Below the pieces are notes generated by a model. The model was given only the letters and a program-made list of their open reading frames with translations. It was not told where the DNA came from and made no database searches. Made by a program: the position numbers and the translations under genes. From NCBI RefSeq assembly GCF_011386835.1, contig NC_088806.1:16492001-16556000 (forward strand): a stretch of DNA of 64,000 bases, read 5' to 3'. Each line of letters starts with the position of its first letter. The stretch's first letter is position 1. Source of the stretch: Chrysemys picta bellii. Taxonomy: Eukaryota. Below, one piece after another: positions 38,502-49,374 of this stretch.

Positions 38502-40003
38502 ATGAACAAGATGCTGGCTCTGGGTTTGCCAGCCCTGCTCTGCTTGGCAACGGGTAAGTCCCGAAACAAAACCCAACAAGGGGAGATTTCCACCCCTGAT
38601 GGGGCAGAGCCTCAGCTGGTGCCAGTCCACAGTTCTTTACCGAGGGCAATTCAATGATAACCAACTATTCTAGCTCAAGGGCAGCCTGTGCTCTGGTGGA
38701 GGGACAGAACCGCCGCCCCTGGAAAGCCAGACTGGCCTAGCAGTGACCTGCCACAGAGGGTCGGATGAAATGAACCGGAGCAGGACAGCCGTTGGGGTTG
38801 GATGGTTCCTGGGGATGGGGAACGCGCCTGTGCACGGAGCATGGCCGATCCGTGGCTGCTCGTTGCCTACTCTCCGTTTTCTCGCCTCTTCACAGCGGAT
38901 CCTCTCCAGTGCAACGGCTGTTTCAAGCTGTTACAGGACGGCAGCTGTAAGATAGGCCAATACACCTGCACGGCATCTCCAGATGAATCCTGCTTCACCC
39001 GCAAAATCACCGCTGGTGAGTGAGAGTGACTGAGGGCACGTCGAGGCCAGGGCGGGAGGGGAAATGTCCAGCTCGAGGAGATACACCCATCGCTCTGCTC
39101 CAGCTAGCACACTGACAGCAGACGTGTAACCGGAGCGAGCGGTGGGAGGGGCCAGCTGCCCCAGTTCGATCCTGCCCAGGGCACTAGACACCAGTGCAGA
39201 CTGCACTTCTGTGCAGTCCAGTGAGCAAAAGATGCCCCATCTCTGGGGCAGTTAGTGCTGGGAGGGGAGAAGTGATTGCCTTACCCTAGAGTGACTTCTT
39301 CTGGCCACGCCGGCTGTGGCACTGGGGAACTGTGTTCATCCTTTAGGGTACGTCTGCCCTAAGGCGGGGGGGGAGAGACGTTGCAGCTCGGGGGAGACAT
39401 CCCCATGCTAGCTCTGACTGTAGCCACAGCAGCGTGAGACATGAGGGGCTAGCCCCCCCCACTCCCCAAGTCTACATGCCTAGTGTCTTGGATGGCCACT
39501 TACTCGGGGAGGCTGGCCTCACCTGCTGCTCGCTCTGGCATGGCTACCCTCTATTCTTAGTGCACTCGCTGGATCAGAGCGAGGGGAATGTCCTGCCTGA
39601 ATTGTAGCCAGACCCTTAGTCCATGAAGATGACTGGGACACTGGGGCATGGGGAGGGGTGGGGGAGTCCTCTAAGGACAGAGAAGGGTCCTGAGCTACAG
39701 GAAGTGGGGTGACAGAGGAGCCCCGGCTGCTGGGAGTCAACAGAGGGGAGGGCAACTCAGTTGGTGGATTCCCCTGGCCCTGTCACTGGGAGGAGGGGTC
39801 TGGCCCTGGCACCCAGCCCTGGGGGCTCAGGTCTCTTTCCCTCTGTAGGGAACGAGATCCTGCGGGTGGAGCGGGGCTGCACTGTGATCTGCGACGACCT
39901 AGTGCTCAACAACTACGACTACAAGGAGATCACCCAGTGCTGCACGGACAGAGCCTTCTGCAACATACACAACCCCTGGCCCCAAGCCCCCAAGGAGGAT
40001 TAA
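38502..40003 (+). CDS. Gene A: secreted PATE/ACRV1-like three-finger (LU-domain) protein, 108 aa; exons 38502-38553, 38896-39015, 39849-40003
   Basis: Canonical GT-AG introns, both phase 1. Spliced product: MNKMLALGLPALLCLATADPLQCNGCFKLLQDGSCKIGQYTCTASPDESCFTRKITAGNEILRVERGCTVICDDLVLNNYDYKEITQCCTDRAFCNIHNPWPQAPKED. It has a signal peptide, 10 Cys spaced C-x2-C-x8-C-x6-C-x7-C-x17-C-x3-C-x15-CC-x5-CN and a hydrophilic C-terminus. TATAAA at 38378, ATTAAA at 40172. The family name rests on recalled human PATE3/ACRV1 spacing and needs BLAST. Confidence 0.93.
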
Positions 40004-40473
40004 GGGGAGGGTGGGGTCCTGGGGCGGCAAGAAAGTCACATTTGCCCTTCGCCCCAGGCCTGGTTCTGGGTTATTCCCCAACTCGCCTTTCCTCATTGAA
40101 AACCTGGCAGGAACCAAGACCGTCCCCTGGCGTCACCCTCAATATCACACTCCTGACATCAATTAACTATAATTAAATTAGGAAATGAGCTCTGCTCACT
40201 GGCCCCGCCCTGCTTCGCCCCGGCCCCTCCCCTGCTTGGCTGCCCGCCTCCCATCTTGCTGCCCCAGGCCCAGCACCCAAACTCTCTGGTGCTTTGCTGC
40301 TGTTCCATAGTTGAAGGTGCCCGTATCAGGGTGACACACTCCCCCCAGCTGTCATTTCAGAGCCTCTGCTGCTGCCCCGTGAGAGTATTAAGGGGGCAGG
40401 ACTGGATTTAGGAGCAGGTGACCAAGGTGACCACCTGCGGTGCCAGGCTTTGGGGTCACCGGGCTTGGGGGAC

Positions 40474-41007
40474 TGTTTTTATTGTTAGCAACGAAATGGA
40501 AAGTAGAATGTTTGAAGTAACATGTTTCAGGTATTCCGTATGTGATTCATTTTGCATTAACCTCCTAGAACAGTGGTTCCAACCTATTGTGGGCCACATA
40601 CGTGTTATGGCCCTGAGGATGTCACATGGGCTGCAGCTCTGTGTTGATTGGATCGCAAGCAGCCCGCAAGCTGGAGGTTGAGAACCACTGTCCTAGAATG
40701 TTCTGGATCTTTGTAGAATCTCATGGAACTTTCCAGACTTTGAGAACGACACTCTCCACGAACTTCCTAGAACGTTGTCAGCCATGCTCTCGTGGGTATA
40801 TAAGGGGAGGGGCATTGCCACTCAGTGAGATATAAGAACAAACTGAAGCGAAGCAAGAGCCCAGCTGCGATATTGGGAACCTTGCTTTGTTGTGTAATTG
40901 TGAAAGTGTACTTGTGTTTTAAGACTTGAAGAGTGTAAGTAGCGACTAATAAAGGACATATTTAATGAGATGCCAGAGATAGCTATCGAACCTCTATCTA
41001 CGCAACA
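40474..41007 (+). mobile_element. Solo LTR nested in the hAT element
   Basis: TGTT...AACA termini, TATATAA at 40797, AATAAA at 40948. The left boundary is uncertain (40474 or 40483). Confidence 0.6.
40571..40690. mobile_element. 120-bp hAT MITE nested in the LTR
   Basis: TIRs CAGTGGTT / AACCACTG and a perfect 8-bp TSD TCCTAGAA. Confidence 0.9.
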
Positions 41008-41822
41008 GGATAAAAGAAATACTGTTACTTCTTTTGCCATGCTTAACATGTAATGTTTGATGACTTTCTAAGATTGCGGAACACAGACTTTTGCTTTCCC
41101 TAATACTGTCTGTTTTCCCACCTAGAAAATAAAAGATGCCCCCAAAGAAGCCTTCAGGAGCTCAGTACAGGAAGCGAAAAGCTCAATTGCAATCTAGTTT
41201 GCAGCAGGGGGCAAATTTTAACTAAAAGACTAGGGTTAACATCCTAAGGCTGTAACACTATTTAATACTGGACCACCCAGTGTTGGTGCACAGTTCCATT
41301 TCTTGATGTCAGTATATTTCAGTTATTCTTAAAATTAAAAAGTTTCTATACACTTAGAGCAAATCATTTGTTTTTAATTTGCTTATATAGGACATGAATA
41401 AATACAGATCCTAGCGTGCAAATTTATCGGCTTCTATGCCAGGGATAAATCACACATGCAAATCGTGCATCAAAGTCATGAAATGGGCTATAAATGCAAT
41501 AAAAAAATAAGGGATTCAAAAGTTTAACAAAGGGAGGGGAGCACTGAACAGGTTCTTCCCTAGGGGCCATTTGGTCTAGGGCACTGTTAAGGGAGGCCCC
41601 TCTCCCCAGACCTTGCTCTGTGCAGGGTGGGCAGTTTGCCAGCTTCAGAGGCTACAGTGCAGAGGGGACAACTTGCATGGCAACCAGTGGGACCCACTCA
41701 ATTCCCCCTCCGTCCTCCATGCTTCCCTGTACACTGGACCCCAGCAACACCGTGAGCCTGGTGTCTGCTCAGCACAGACCCCTGAAAACTGTAGACAAGC
41801 CCTAAGACGGATACCCAGTCCA

Positions 41823-41825
<3 letters not shown>

Positions 41826-41888
<63 letters not shown>
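41826..41888. repeat. (GA)n microsatellite, about 31 units
   Basis: Uninterrupted GA run; it explains the ERER/SLSL ORFs. Confidence 0.98.
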
Positions 41889-41893
<5 letters not shown>

Positions 41894-42639
41894 GCTGCCA
41901 GCAGGACAGCCTTCTTCTCACCTCCAGAGGTGAGGGTTAGCTGGGTTGACAGGAACTTACAAATGATTGCAAAGAGACATGGTAAGTGAGGGACTCTGGT
42001 GGTGACAGACAAGCTTTCGAGCTAAGCAGAGTTCTTCAGGTCTGGGAAAGGTACACAGAACATCCCAGCTAAATACAATATGGAACAGATTGTTTAACAT
42101 AAGTAGTTAACACATATTCTAAGGGACCATTCAAGGTGAAGTGACCCATTAACACCCCTGCAGTCACAAGACAAAAGATGGAGTTAGTGGATTACAGATT
42201 GTTGTAGTAGGTCTTATAAACAGGTATATCACTGGACAAATGCACCATGAAACCAATGATATACCTGAGACACATCGTGATATTTTCATCCTCTGGACAG
42301 ATGACCTAAACTTCCTCATATATTTCCACTACAACTTCAACCACCACCACCCATCCATCAAACTCTCTCTAGAGCACTCCTGCACCTGTATCAGCTTCTG
42401 GATTCTATTCAAGCTGATTGTAGTGTCCTACAGACAACTATGTACAAGAAACCCATATATCACCACACATACTTTCACAGATCCAATAATCACCCCAAAC
42501 ACCAAGAAATCTGTTATCTACCACCAGGCACTCAGATACCACAGAATATGGTAGAAAGGAGGAGAAAGTCTAGGATACACACTAAAAACTGCCTTTGCCA
42601 AACAAGGACCCCCCAGAGCAGTACATCAGTTACTCCTGG

Positions 42640-43405
42640 GGAAATTCTATGCCACTGCGTGTGCGCAGAATTCATGTCCCCCACAGATTTCTTTGCTTCC
42701 CTGCAGAAAAATGACTTTGACAGGGAAGGAAAGTGGAGCTGCAAGAGCAGTCACGCACCACTCCCTAGCTGCACAGGTACATCGTTTCAGGCAACTGGAG
42801 CACCCGAAGGAGACATAAATCTCTGTGGGGCTGGGGACATCCCAGCCAGTGGCTCCTATCCTGAGCCAGGATCAGCTGCTAGTCCTGGCTGGGCTGGAGG
42901 CAGGAGAGGACAGGACTTCCTCTTCCCCTGCAAGTAGTGGCTGGTGCTGTGTCAGACCCACCCCCAGAAACCTCCCCCAGCTGCAGGAAGCTCAGCATCC
43001 TCCCCTGCTTCCTCCCCACATCGCTCTTCACCTGTGGGGGGAGGGGTCACTGTACCGGGAGCTGTACAGACACAGCTGTGGGGAGTGTGTCTTGCTCCCC
43101 CATGCATCTGGACCTCCCATCCCAGACACCCCTGCCAAGCCTCACCCCGTACCCCCCCCAAGCCCTCCATACCCAAACCCCACCCCACTGAACCTCAACC
43201 CCTGCATCTGGAGCCCCCTGCTTTCAGACCCCCCCAACCCTGCACCCAGACCACCACCCACTGAGCTCCCTGCACTCAAACCCCCATTCTGATGAGCCCC
43301 ACCTCCCCGCACCACCCCGAGCCCCCACATCCAGATCCCCATGCCACTGACTTCCAACTAGCTGCACCCAGGGCACAGAATTTTTAATTTTTTGGTGCAG
43401 AATGA
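42640..43405. mobile_element. DNA-transposon-like insert with C-rich internal repeats
   Basis: GCAGAATT motifs near both ends and CCCCAAGCC-type repeats; it interrupts the Penelope remnant. Confidence 0.5.
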
Positions 43406-43409
43406 ATCC

Positions 43410-43790
43410 TAGAATATCAGGGTTGGAAGGGAGCTCAGCTGGTCATTTGGTCCAACCCCCTGCTCAAAGCAGGACCAACCCCAACTAAATCATCCCAGCC
43501 AGGGCTTTGTCAAGCCTGACCTTAAAAACCTCTAAGGAAGGAGATTCCACCACCTCCCTAGGTAACCCATCACCACCCTCCTACTGAAAAAGTTTTTTCT
43601 AATATCCAACCTAAACCTCCCCCACTCAACTTGAGACCATTACTCCTTGTTCTGTCATCTGCTACCACTGAGAACAGTCTAGATCCAACCTCTTTGGAAC
43701 CCCCCTTTCAGATAGTTGAAAGCAGCTATCAACTCTCCCCTCACTCTTCTCTTCTGCAGACTAAACAATCCCAGTTCCCTCAGCCTCTCC
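43410..43790 (-). mobile_element. CR1 LINE 3' fragment
   Basis: Reverse complement of the CR1 3' end (AGAATATCAGGGTTGGAAGGG) and of FRLDIRK-type coding sequence. Confidence 0.88.
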
Positions 43791-44061
43791 TCTCTTCCCT
43801 CAGGAGTAATCAGTGGAGCCACCCCAATACCCCTAGAGAGCTTGCTTCAATACAATACAAAAGCTTGTCTCTTTCACCAACAGAAGTTGGTCCAATAAAA
43901 GATCTTACCTCACCCACTTTGTCTCTCTAATATCCTGGGACCAACACAGCGACAACACTGCAAACAAAAGTGATTGCGAAGAAAGATTACGGTGGAGGTA
44001 ATGGGAAATACGAGCAGAGAACGTTCTGGTTTTACCCTCCTTGCTCTGAGAGCTATGTACC

Positions 44062-45576
44062 TGTAAGCAGAGTCAGGATGAGCTCTACCCTGACATCTGG
44101 TGGTGAATTATGGCGAGGGTGGAAAAGAACTCCAGGGGCTGATCTTGTTTGCATAGGCACACCCACTCGCCTGGCATGAAACCACAGCAACTCAAAGTGG
44201 TTACTTTGGCTGGTGTGGGATCCCCAGTTTCTCTGTTATTGGGGCAGGAAGAATAAAGTTTTGTTACCCTGATTCTGTGAATCAAGGCCAGTGGAACTGT
44301 TGTATGACAGAAGGACTGAGTGAGTCATTCACCATTACCTAAGTAGCATTTGCTTGTCAAGGGGCATGGGTTACAAAACCCAATGAATTGAGAGAGGATG
44401 GGGACAGGTATTTGTACCTGATGGTGTGGCCCCCTTCCAGAGGGGGTTGAAACACCAATTGCACTACCTCCTCTCTCCAATGTTGAATGTCAGAGCTAAC
44501 TTTGATTCCCTTAGGAGTCTAGTTACAGACTGCTGAGCTGAGTTCACTTTGGGCCAATAGTGCACCAGCACTGGGGCTCCCCTACTACTAGCTGAAATCA
44601 CTAAGAGCTGAAATCACAAAAGAGCTAAAGCTATTTAAGAGCTGAGATCACTGAGGCTGTGTTAACTAGTGGGGGAGCCTGAAGCTATATTGCTAAGCTA
44701 ACTTAGCTTAGCGGGGGTGAGCGGAGCGGAGCGGCTCACAGGTCGGTGAGCGGAGCGGCTGGAGGAGCAGCTAGCAGAGCAGAGCCTTGTGGGAGCGGCC
44801 CAAGGGACGGCTGGAGCGGAGCGGAGCGGAGCGGCTCACAGATCGGTGAGCGGAGCGGCGCAGCTCACAGGTCGGTGAGCGGAGCGGAGCGGCTCACAGG
44901 TCGGTGAGCGGAGCGGAGCAGCGCGGCTCACAGGTCGGGGAGCGGAGCGGAGCGGAGCGGAGCAGCTGCCAGAGCAGTTCGTGGGACTGCGGGTGGAGTG
45001 GAGCAGTTTGTGGTGAAGGCTGCAGTGGAACCCCACGGAGAAGCAGCCGGTTGGCCTCGGATCACGTAAGGTGCCCCTTAACACCCTGCTCACCCCCCCC
45101 TTTGAACTCTGGGGCTGCACTGATCATGGACAGAGACTTTGGGGGGTTGTCGGACTTTTGGGACTTTTGTGATTCTTGGGTTGCTGGACCCAAGAGACTT
45201 TGGGATTGGTGGACTTTTGGGACTTTGGTGATTCTTGGGTCGCTGGTTTCAAGAACCAATGGGAGAGGACACGGCCCAATTTGCTGGGGTGGGTCTTCGC
45301 TCATGGTTTGGTCTAAAAACTCTAGTTGTGGTGTTTTTTCCATTTAATGCTGATGTTGTTTACCTCATGTTATTAAACATTTTCTGTTACACTCAGACTC
45401 CGTGCTTGCGAGAGGGGAAGTATTGCCTCTTAGAGGTGCCCAGGGGGTGGTATGTAATTGTCCCAGGTCACTGGGTGGGGGCTCGAGCCGGTTTTGCATT
45501 GCGTTATTGAAACGGAACCCCTAGATACAGAACCCGGCCCTTGTTGCTGCCAACTTAGATGGGCAGAAGGGTTACA
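44062..45576 (+). mobile_element. Complete solo LTR (Gypsy-like), 1515 bp, with internal (GGAGC)n/31-mer tandem array at about 44715-44965
   Basis: TGTAA...TTACA termini and a perfect 4-bp TSD TACC on both sides. Orientation is not certain. Confidence 0.9.
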
Positions 45577-45899
45577 TACCTTTGGGTGACAGATTAAATA
45601 ATGCTTTGTTTTGAAGATGCTTTTTCTGAGTCATTTTAATCCGTTGCTGGTCACAGGCTCCGGGGGCGGGGGGGGGGGGAAGGGCTTGAAAATGCTCAAC
45701 CCAGTTGGGCCTGCCGATTTAATATGGTTGGTAAAAAAGGGGGCTGTAACCCAAAGACCCACTCTAAGAGTTGTTGGACCCAGAGGTTCTGCCCAGAGGG
45801 GAAGCCCGGCCTGTTACCTGAGGGGTGCACTCAAGAGGGGCAAAAAGGGTCTAAGGTGCAGTTTGCCTGGTAACCGTAACACACGTGATCTTGATTGCT

Positions 45900-46240
45900 T
45901 TGTCTCAGCGATCTGGCCTCTTCATTACTTACCACTCCTCCAGCTTTTGGAACTTCTGCAAACTTCATCAGGAATGATTTCATACTTTCTGCCAGGACAC
46001 TGATAAAAGTGTGACGTAGTGTAGTAGGGCCAAGAACCAGTCCCTGCAGGACCTCACTAGAAACACACCCATTCGACGATGATTCCCCATTTACAAATTA
46101 CATTTAGAGACCTATCATTTAGCCAGTTTTTAACCCATGTAATATGTGCCATGTTGATTTTGTATTGTAGTTGCCTCTTAATCAAAATGCCGCTTGGCAC
46201 CAAGTGAAATGCCTCACTAAAGTCTATGACATCAACACTC
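45900..46240 (-). mobile_element. CR1 RT fragment
   Basis: Reverse complement of DVxxxDFSEAF, GVLQGLVLGP and KFAEVPKAGG-like segments. Confidence 0.75.
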
Positions 46241-46359
46241 TGTGCGTGTGGATGGGCGGCTGGCTGGACGGGCAGGCGGCATATTTGGGAATATATTTAT
46301 TTGCTTCACAGAATTGCATCTGTTGACCATTGACCTTGGCCTGATCTTGGTTTTGAGTA

Positions 46360-47600
46360 AAACACAATCTATTTGCTAAGCATGCATAAAGAAATAACAA
46401 TGAATGTTATTATCGCAACTGTAACAGCCAGTAGAAGAACCAAAACACATGTATTAAAAATAGGCTTAGCTATAGGTTTTAAGCATTAAGGGCTTAGAGT
46501 GAGGCCTAACTGGAGTAAGTATTATGTGCTTAAGCAAAGGTTATGAAGTTTAGCAATATGCATCTTGTGATAGGTTAGCAATGCATTTTGTGATATACGC
46601 GTAAACCACAAACAAGCAGATGGGTACTTTTGCAATAAGTTAACAATGGAGCTATCTGCATTGACGTATCAAAACTATTGGGACATTCATTGACGCAAGT
46701 GCTTGCATTGGTGGTTGGAAGTTGAACTATGGTACCACCATACATGGGCAGGGCTGAAACCTTATCAAATATGGTCCCAGACATGAGAGGGTGAAATAGG
46801 AAAAGGTGTATAAAAATGTGTTTATCCAGTCTGTTGTTGGGGCACCAGGGGATGACATGGGACAGCCTGTCAGGATCCCAACAAGGGCAGTCAGGGCCAA
46901 AGGTCAGAGCAGGGGCAAACCTGAGGTTGGAAGTAGCAGAGGAGTTCATAGTCAGGCTCCAGGCCAGGGTCAATCCAAGTCAGGAGGCAAAATCCAAATC
47001 AAGCTGAGGTCAAAGCCTGAACTTCAGGAGCAAAGAGCAGGAACGGGTCATGGCAGCTACAGGACTGCCCCTTAGGTTTATATAGAGTAGACAGCCAATC
47101 AGGAGCCTTGAGGCTGCTGTCTGTCAAACCCTTGAGATGGAACTTCCCATAGGCTGCGTCCATAGCAGATCATTGGAAGTGGCAAGCAAACTGGCTATAG
47201 CCTGGGTAACAGCCTGGTGATGCTACCTACCTATTAGCTCTACAGACCTGGGTTCTAGACCCTATGGGGGCTCCAGACAATGGATAGAAAGCTTGGCCCT
47301 GTACTCTCCTCCTGCGGTGGGCTCCACTTACACTCTCTTCCATCTTTGTTTCTAATGGTCCAGGAGGTTGTAAGTCCCCACAATGAAATACTTGTAAGTA
47401 TGAACAAAGCAGGCACCACCTTACTTATAATTATGTACATTGATGTTTCTATTACTTCAGATATATTTGTCTGCACCAACTCAAGCTCATAAAGTCTCTG
47501 TGTCCTCCATCAATTGCACCTTCTCACTTAACTGTAACCAGCTACCTGAAAAAGAACTGGTTATTTGTGACAAGTGCATGCTTCACCCCAGGACATTCTT
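46360..47600 (-). mobile_element. Degenerate endogenous retrovirus env-like remnant, interrupted by an LTR-like insert (about 46832-47279)
   Basis: LLVCGLRVYHKMHC*PITRCILLNFI resembles the class I env SU motif FxCGxxxYxxLxxxxxxxCxLxxL. A downstream hydrophobic helix reads VLVLLLAVTVAIITFIVISLC. Stops and frameshifts are present. Confidence 0.45.
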
Positions 47601-47794
47601 TTACCATTGTAATAACTGATCTGATTTTTTTCTTAATAAAATAGAACCCAACAGGCCAATCGAGAGCTCCACAGTGGCTCAGGAACAGGTCTCACCCCTC
47701 ATTCCCAGCAGCCGTGGCACTTTGCCACTTCCCTCCCGCTTGTGCCTTTGGCAAAATGCCCCTGTGGGGGAGGCAGAGCTGGGGAGTCGCCTGC

Positions 47795-47890
47795 CAGAGC
47801 CGCTCACCTGGGCAGGGAACGTTCTGCTCTGGGCGGCACCGTGACCATTAGATTGTAATTAGTAATTACTCCAGTCCCCGGGGGTATAAA
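47795..47890 (+). promoter_or_regulatory. Gene B proximal promoter (near-copy of A promoter)
   Basis: Same element and TAAT tract as A; TATAAA at 47885. Confidence 0.75.
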
Positions 47891-48009
47891 TCCCTCTCTG
47901 TCCTCCCCCTGGGAGCCAGTGCACCAGGTTTGCAGGCCCTGTTCCGCTCCTCACTGGCCTGACACGACCGCACTGCTCCCCCCTCGGCTCGGCAGAGAGA
48001 AAGCCAAAG

Positions 48010-49374
48010 ATGAACAAGATGCTGGCTCTGGGTTTGCCAGTCCTGCTCTGCTTAGCAACGGGTAAGTCCCGAAACAAAACCCAACGAGGGGAGATTTCCA
48101 CCTGATGGGTCAGAGCCTCAGCTGGTGCCAGACCAGTCAGCTGAGGTCTTTACCGAGGGCAATTCAATTACAACCAAGTATTCTAGCTCAAGGGCAGCCT
48201 GTGCTCTGGCGGAGGGACAGAGCTGCCCCTGGAAAGCCATCCACCAATGTGGGGGAGGGGCATGGCTGGTTCCACGCGGCCGGGAAGCTGTTTTGGTGTC
48301 TTTGTCCGGTCACCAGTCTGGGCCCGGCTGCTTGTTTCCTACTCTCTCTTCTCTCTCCTCTCCCACAGCTGCAGCTCTCCAGTGCAACGGCTGTTTCATG
48401 ATGCTACAGGATGGCAGCTGTATGCTAGGCAAACACACCTGCACAGCCGCGCGGGGAGAATCCTGCTTTACCCGTAAAATCACTATAGGTGAGTCTGGGA
48501 GGCCAAGGGCCCCTCAGAATGCAATTTAGGAGCTGCCAGGATGTGAGGGAAGAACACCTTACTCTAGCGTGACCCCTTGTGGCCAAGCTAGCAGCGGTGC
48601 TGGGGAGGGCCTCACAGCCCAACCCTCAGCTGGAGCATCTACACAGCTATTTTTAGTGCCATAGTCTGTCGACCTGGCTCTGAGATTTGCTGCTGCTCGC
48701 TAGGTGGGTGCCACATTCGTCCCTTAATCAAGGACGGTGACTACGGGGATGGCGACAGAGCAATCCGAGGCGTGACTGAAGCACTGTAGACAGGCCAGAG
48801 CTAGCGGTCATCTAGCTAGCTTGACTAACACTAGCAGGGAAGCTGTGGCATCAGGGGTGACAGCGCAGCTAGCCACGGGCGTATGCACCCGGAGTCCCGG
48901 GGGGGCTCGTACGACCTGTGCTGACGTAGCTGCCCTGCTGTTGTTACTGGAGCTCGCTAGATCACCGCTAGCTCCGGCCAGTCTACAGCGCTTCAGTCAC
49001 GGCTCTGACTGCAGTGTAGACAGACCCTGTGACACTGGGACAGGCAGAGGTGGGTGTCCTCTGAGGACAGAGAGAGGGACCAGCAGGTTTCTTCCCCTGG
49101 AGCAGTGGGAAGAGAGTGGCAGGGGAGACAGAGGAGTCCTGGACAGAGGGGAGGGCAGCTCAGCTGGGAGGAGGGGCCTGTCTCTGGCACCTGGCTCTTG
49201 TCTCTCTTTCCCTCTGCAGCGGGCTTTATCAATCGTGTGGAGCGGGGCTGCACATCCATCTGCGAGGATACAGAGATCCCTGAAGACTACTACAAGGACA
49301 CCACCCAGTGCTGCACAGATGGGGACTTCTGCAACATCCACAACCCCTTCCCCAAATTCTCCGATTATGCCTAA
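48010..49374 (+). CDS. Gene B: secreted PATE/ACRV1-like three-finger protein, 108 aa, closest paralog of A; exons 48010-48061, 48369-48488, 49220-49374
   Basis: Spliced product: MNKMLALGLPVLLCLATAAALQCNGCFMMLQDGSCMLGKHTCTAARGESCFTRKITIAGFINRVERGCTSICEDTEIPEDYYKDTTQCCTDGDFCNIHNPFPKFSDYA. Exon sizes (52/120/155) and Cys spacing are the same as A. TATAAA at 47885. Confidence 0.93.

Larger units (their letters stand above)
40397..41586 (+). mobile_element. Degenerate hAT deletion derivative downstream of gene A, carrying nested elements
   Basis: Flanked by duplicated TTAAGGG(G/A), which is single-copy at the paralogous site of gene B. It contains MPPKKPSGAQYRKRKAQ (about 41127), resembling hAT transposase N-termini. 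Confidence 0.65.
41990..43960 (+). mobile_element. Penelope-like retroelement remnant: inverted 5' pseudo-LTR, RT fragment 42240-42620, 3' tail about 43800-43960; interrupted by other elements
   Basis: DIFILWT, FHYNFNHHHPSIKLSLEHS and KKSVIYHQALRYHRI match the PLE RT palm/thumb. GACAAGCTTT (about 42007) and AAAGCTTGTC (about 43860) are reverse complements. Confidence 0.8.

Noticed and set aside
39965-40003. GPI-anchor signal in A or B
   Set aside because: The C-terminal tails are short and charged, with no hydrophobic stretch.
41645-42012. SLSLSL and ERERER ORFs
   Set aside because: Translation of the (GA)n microsatellite.
44715-44965. Regularly spaced repeats resembling a CRISPR array
   Set aside because: A tandem (GGAGC)n/31-mer array inside a solo LTR in a vertebrate genome, with no unique spacers.
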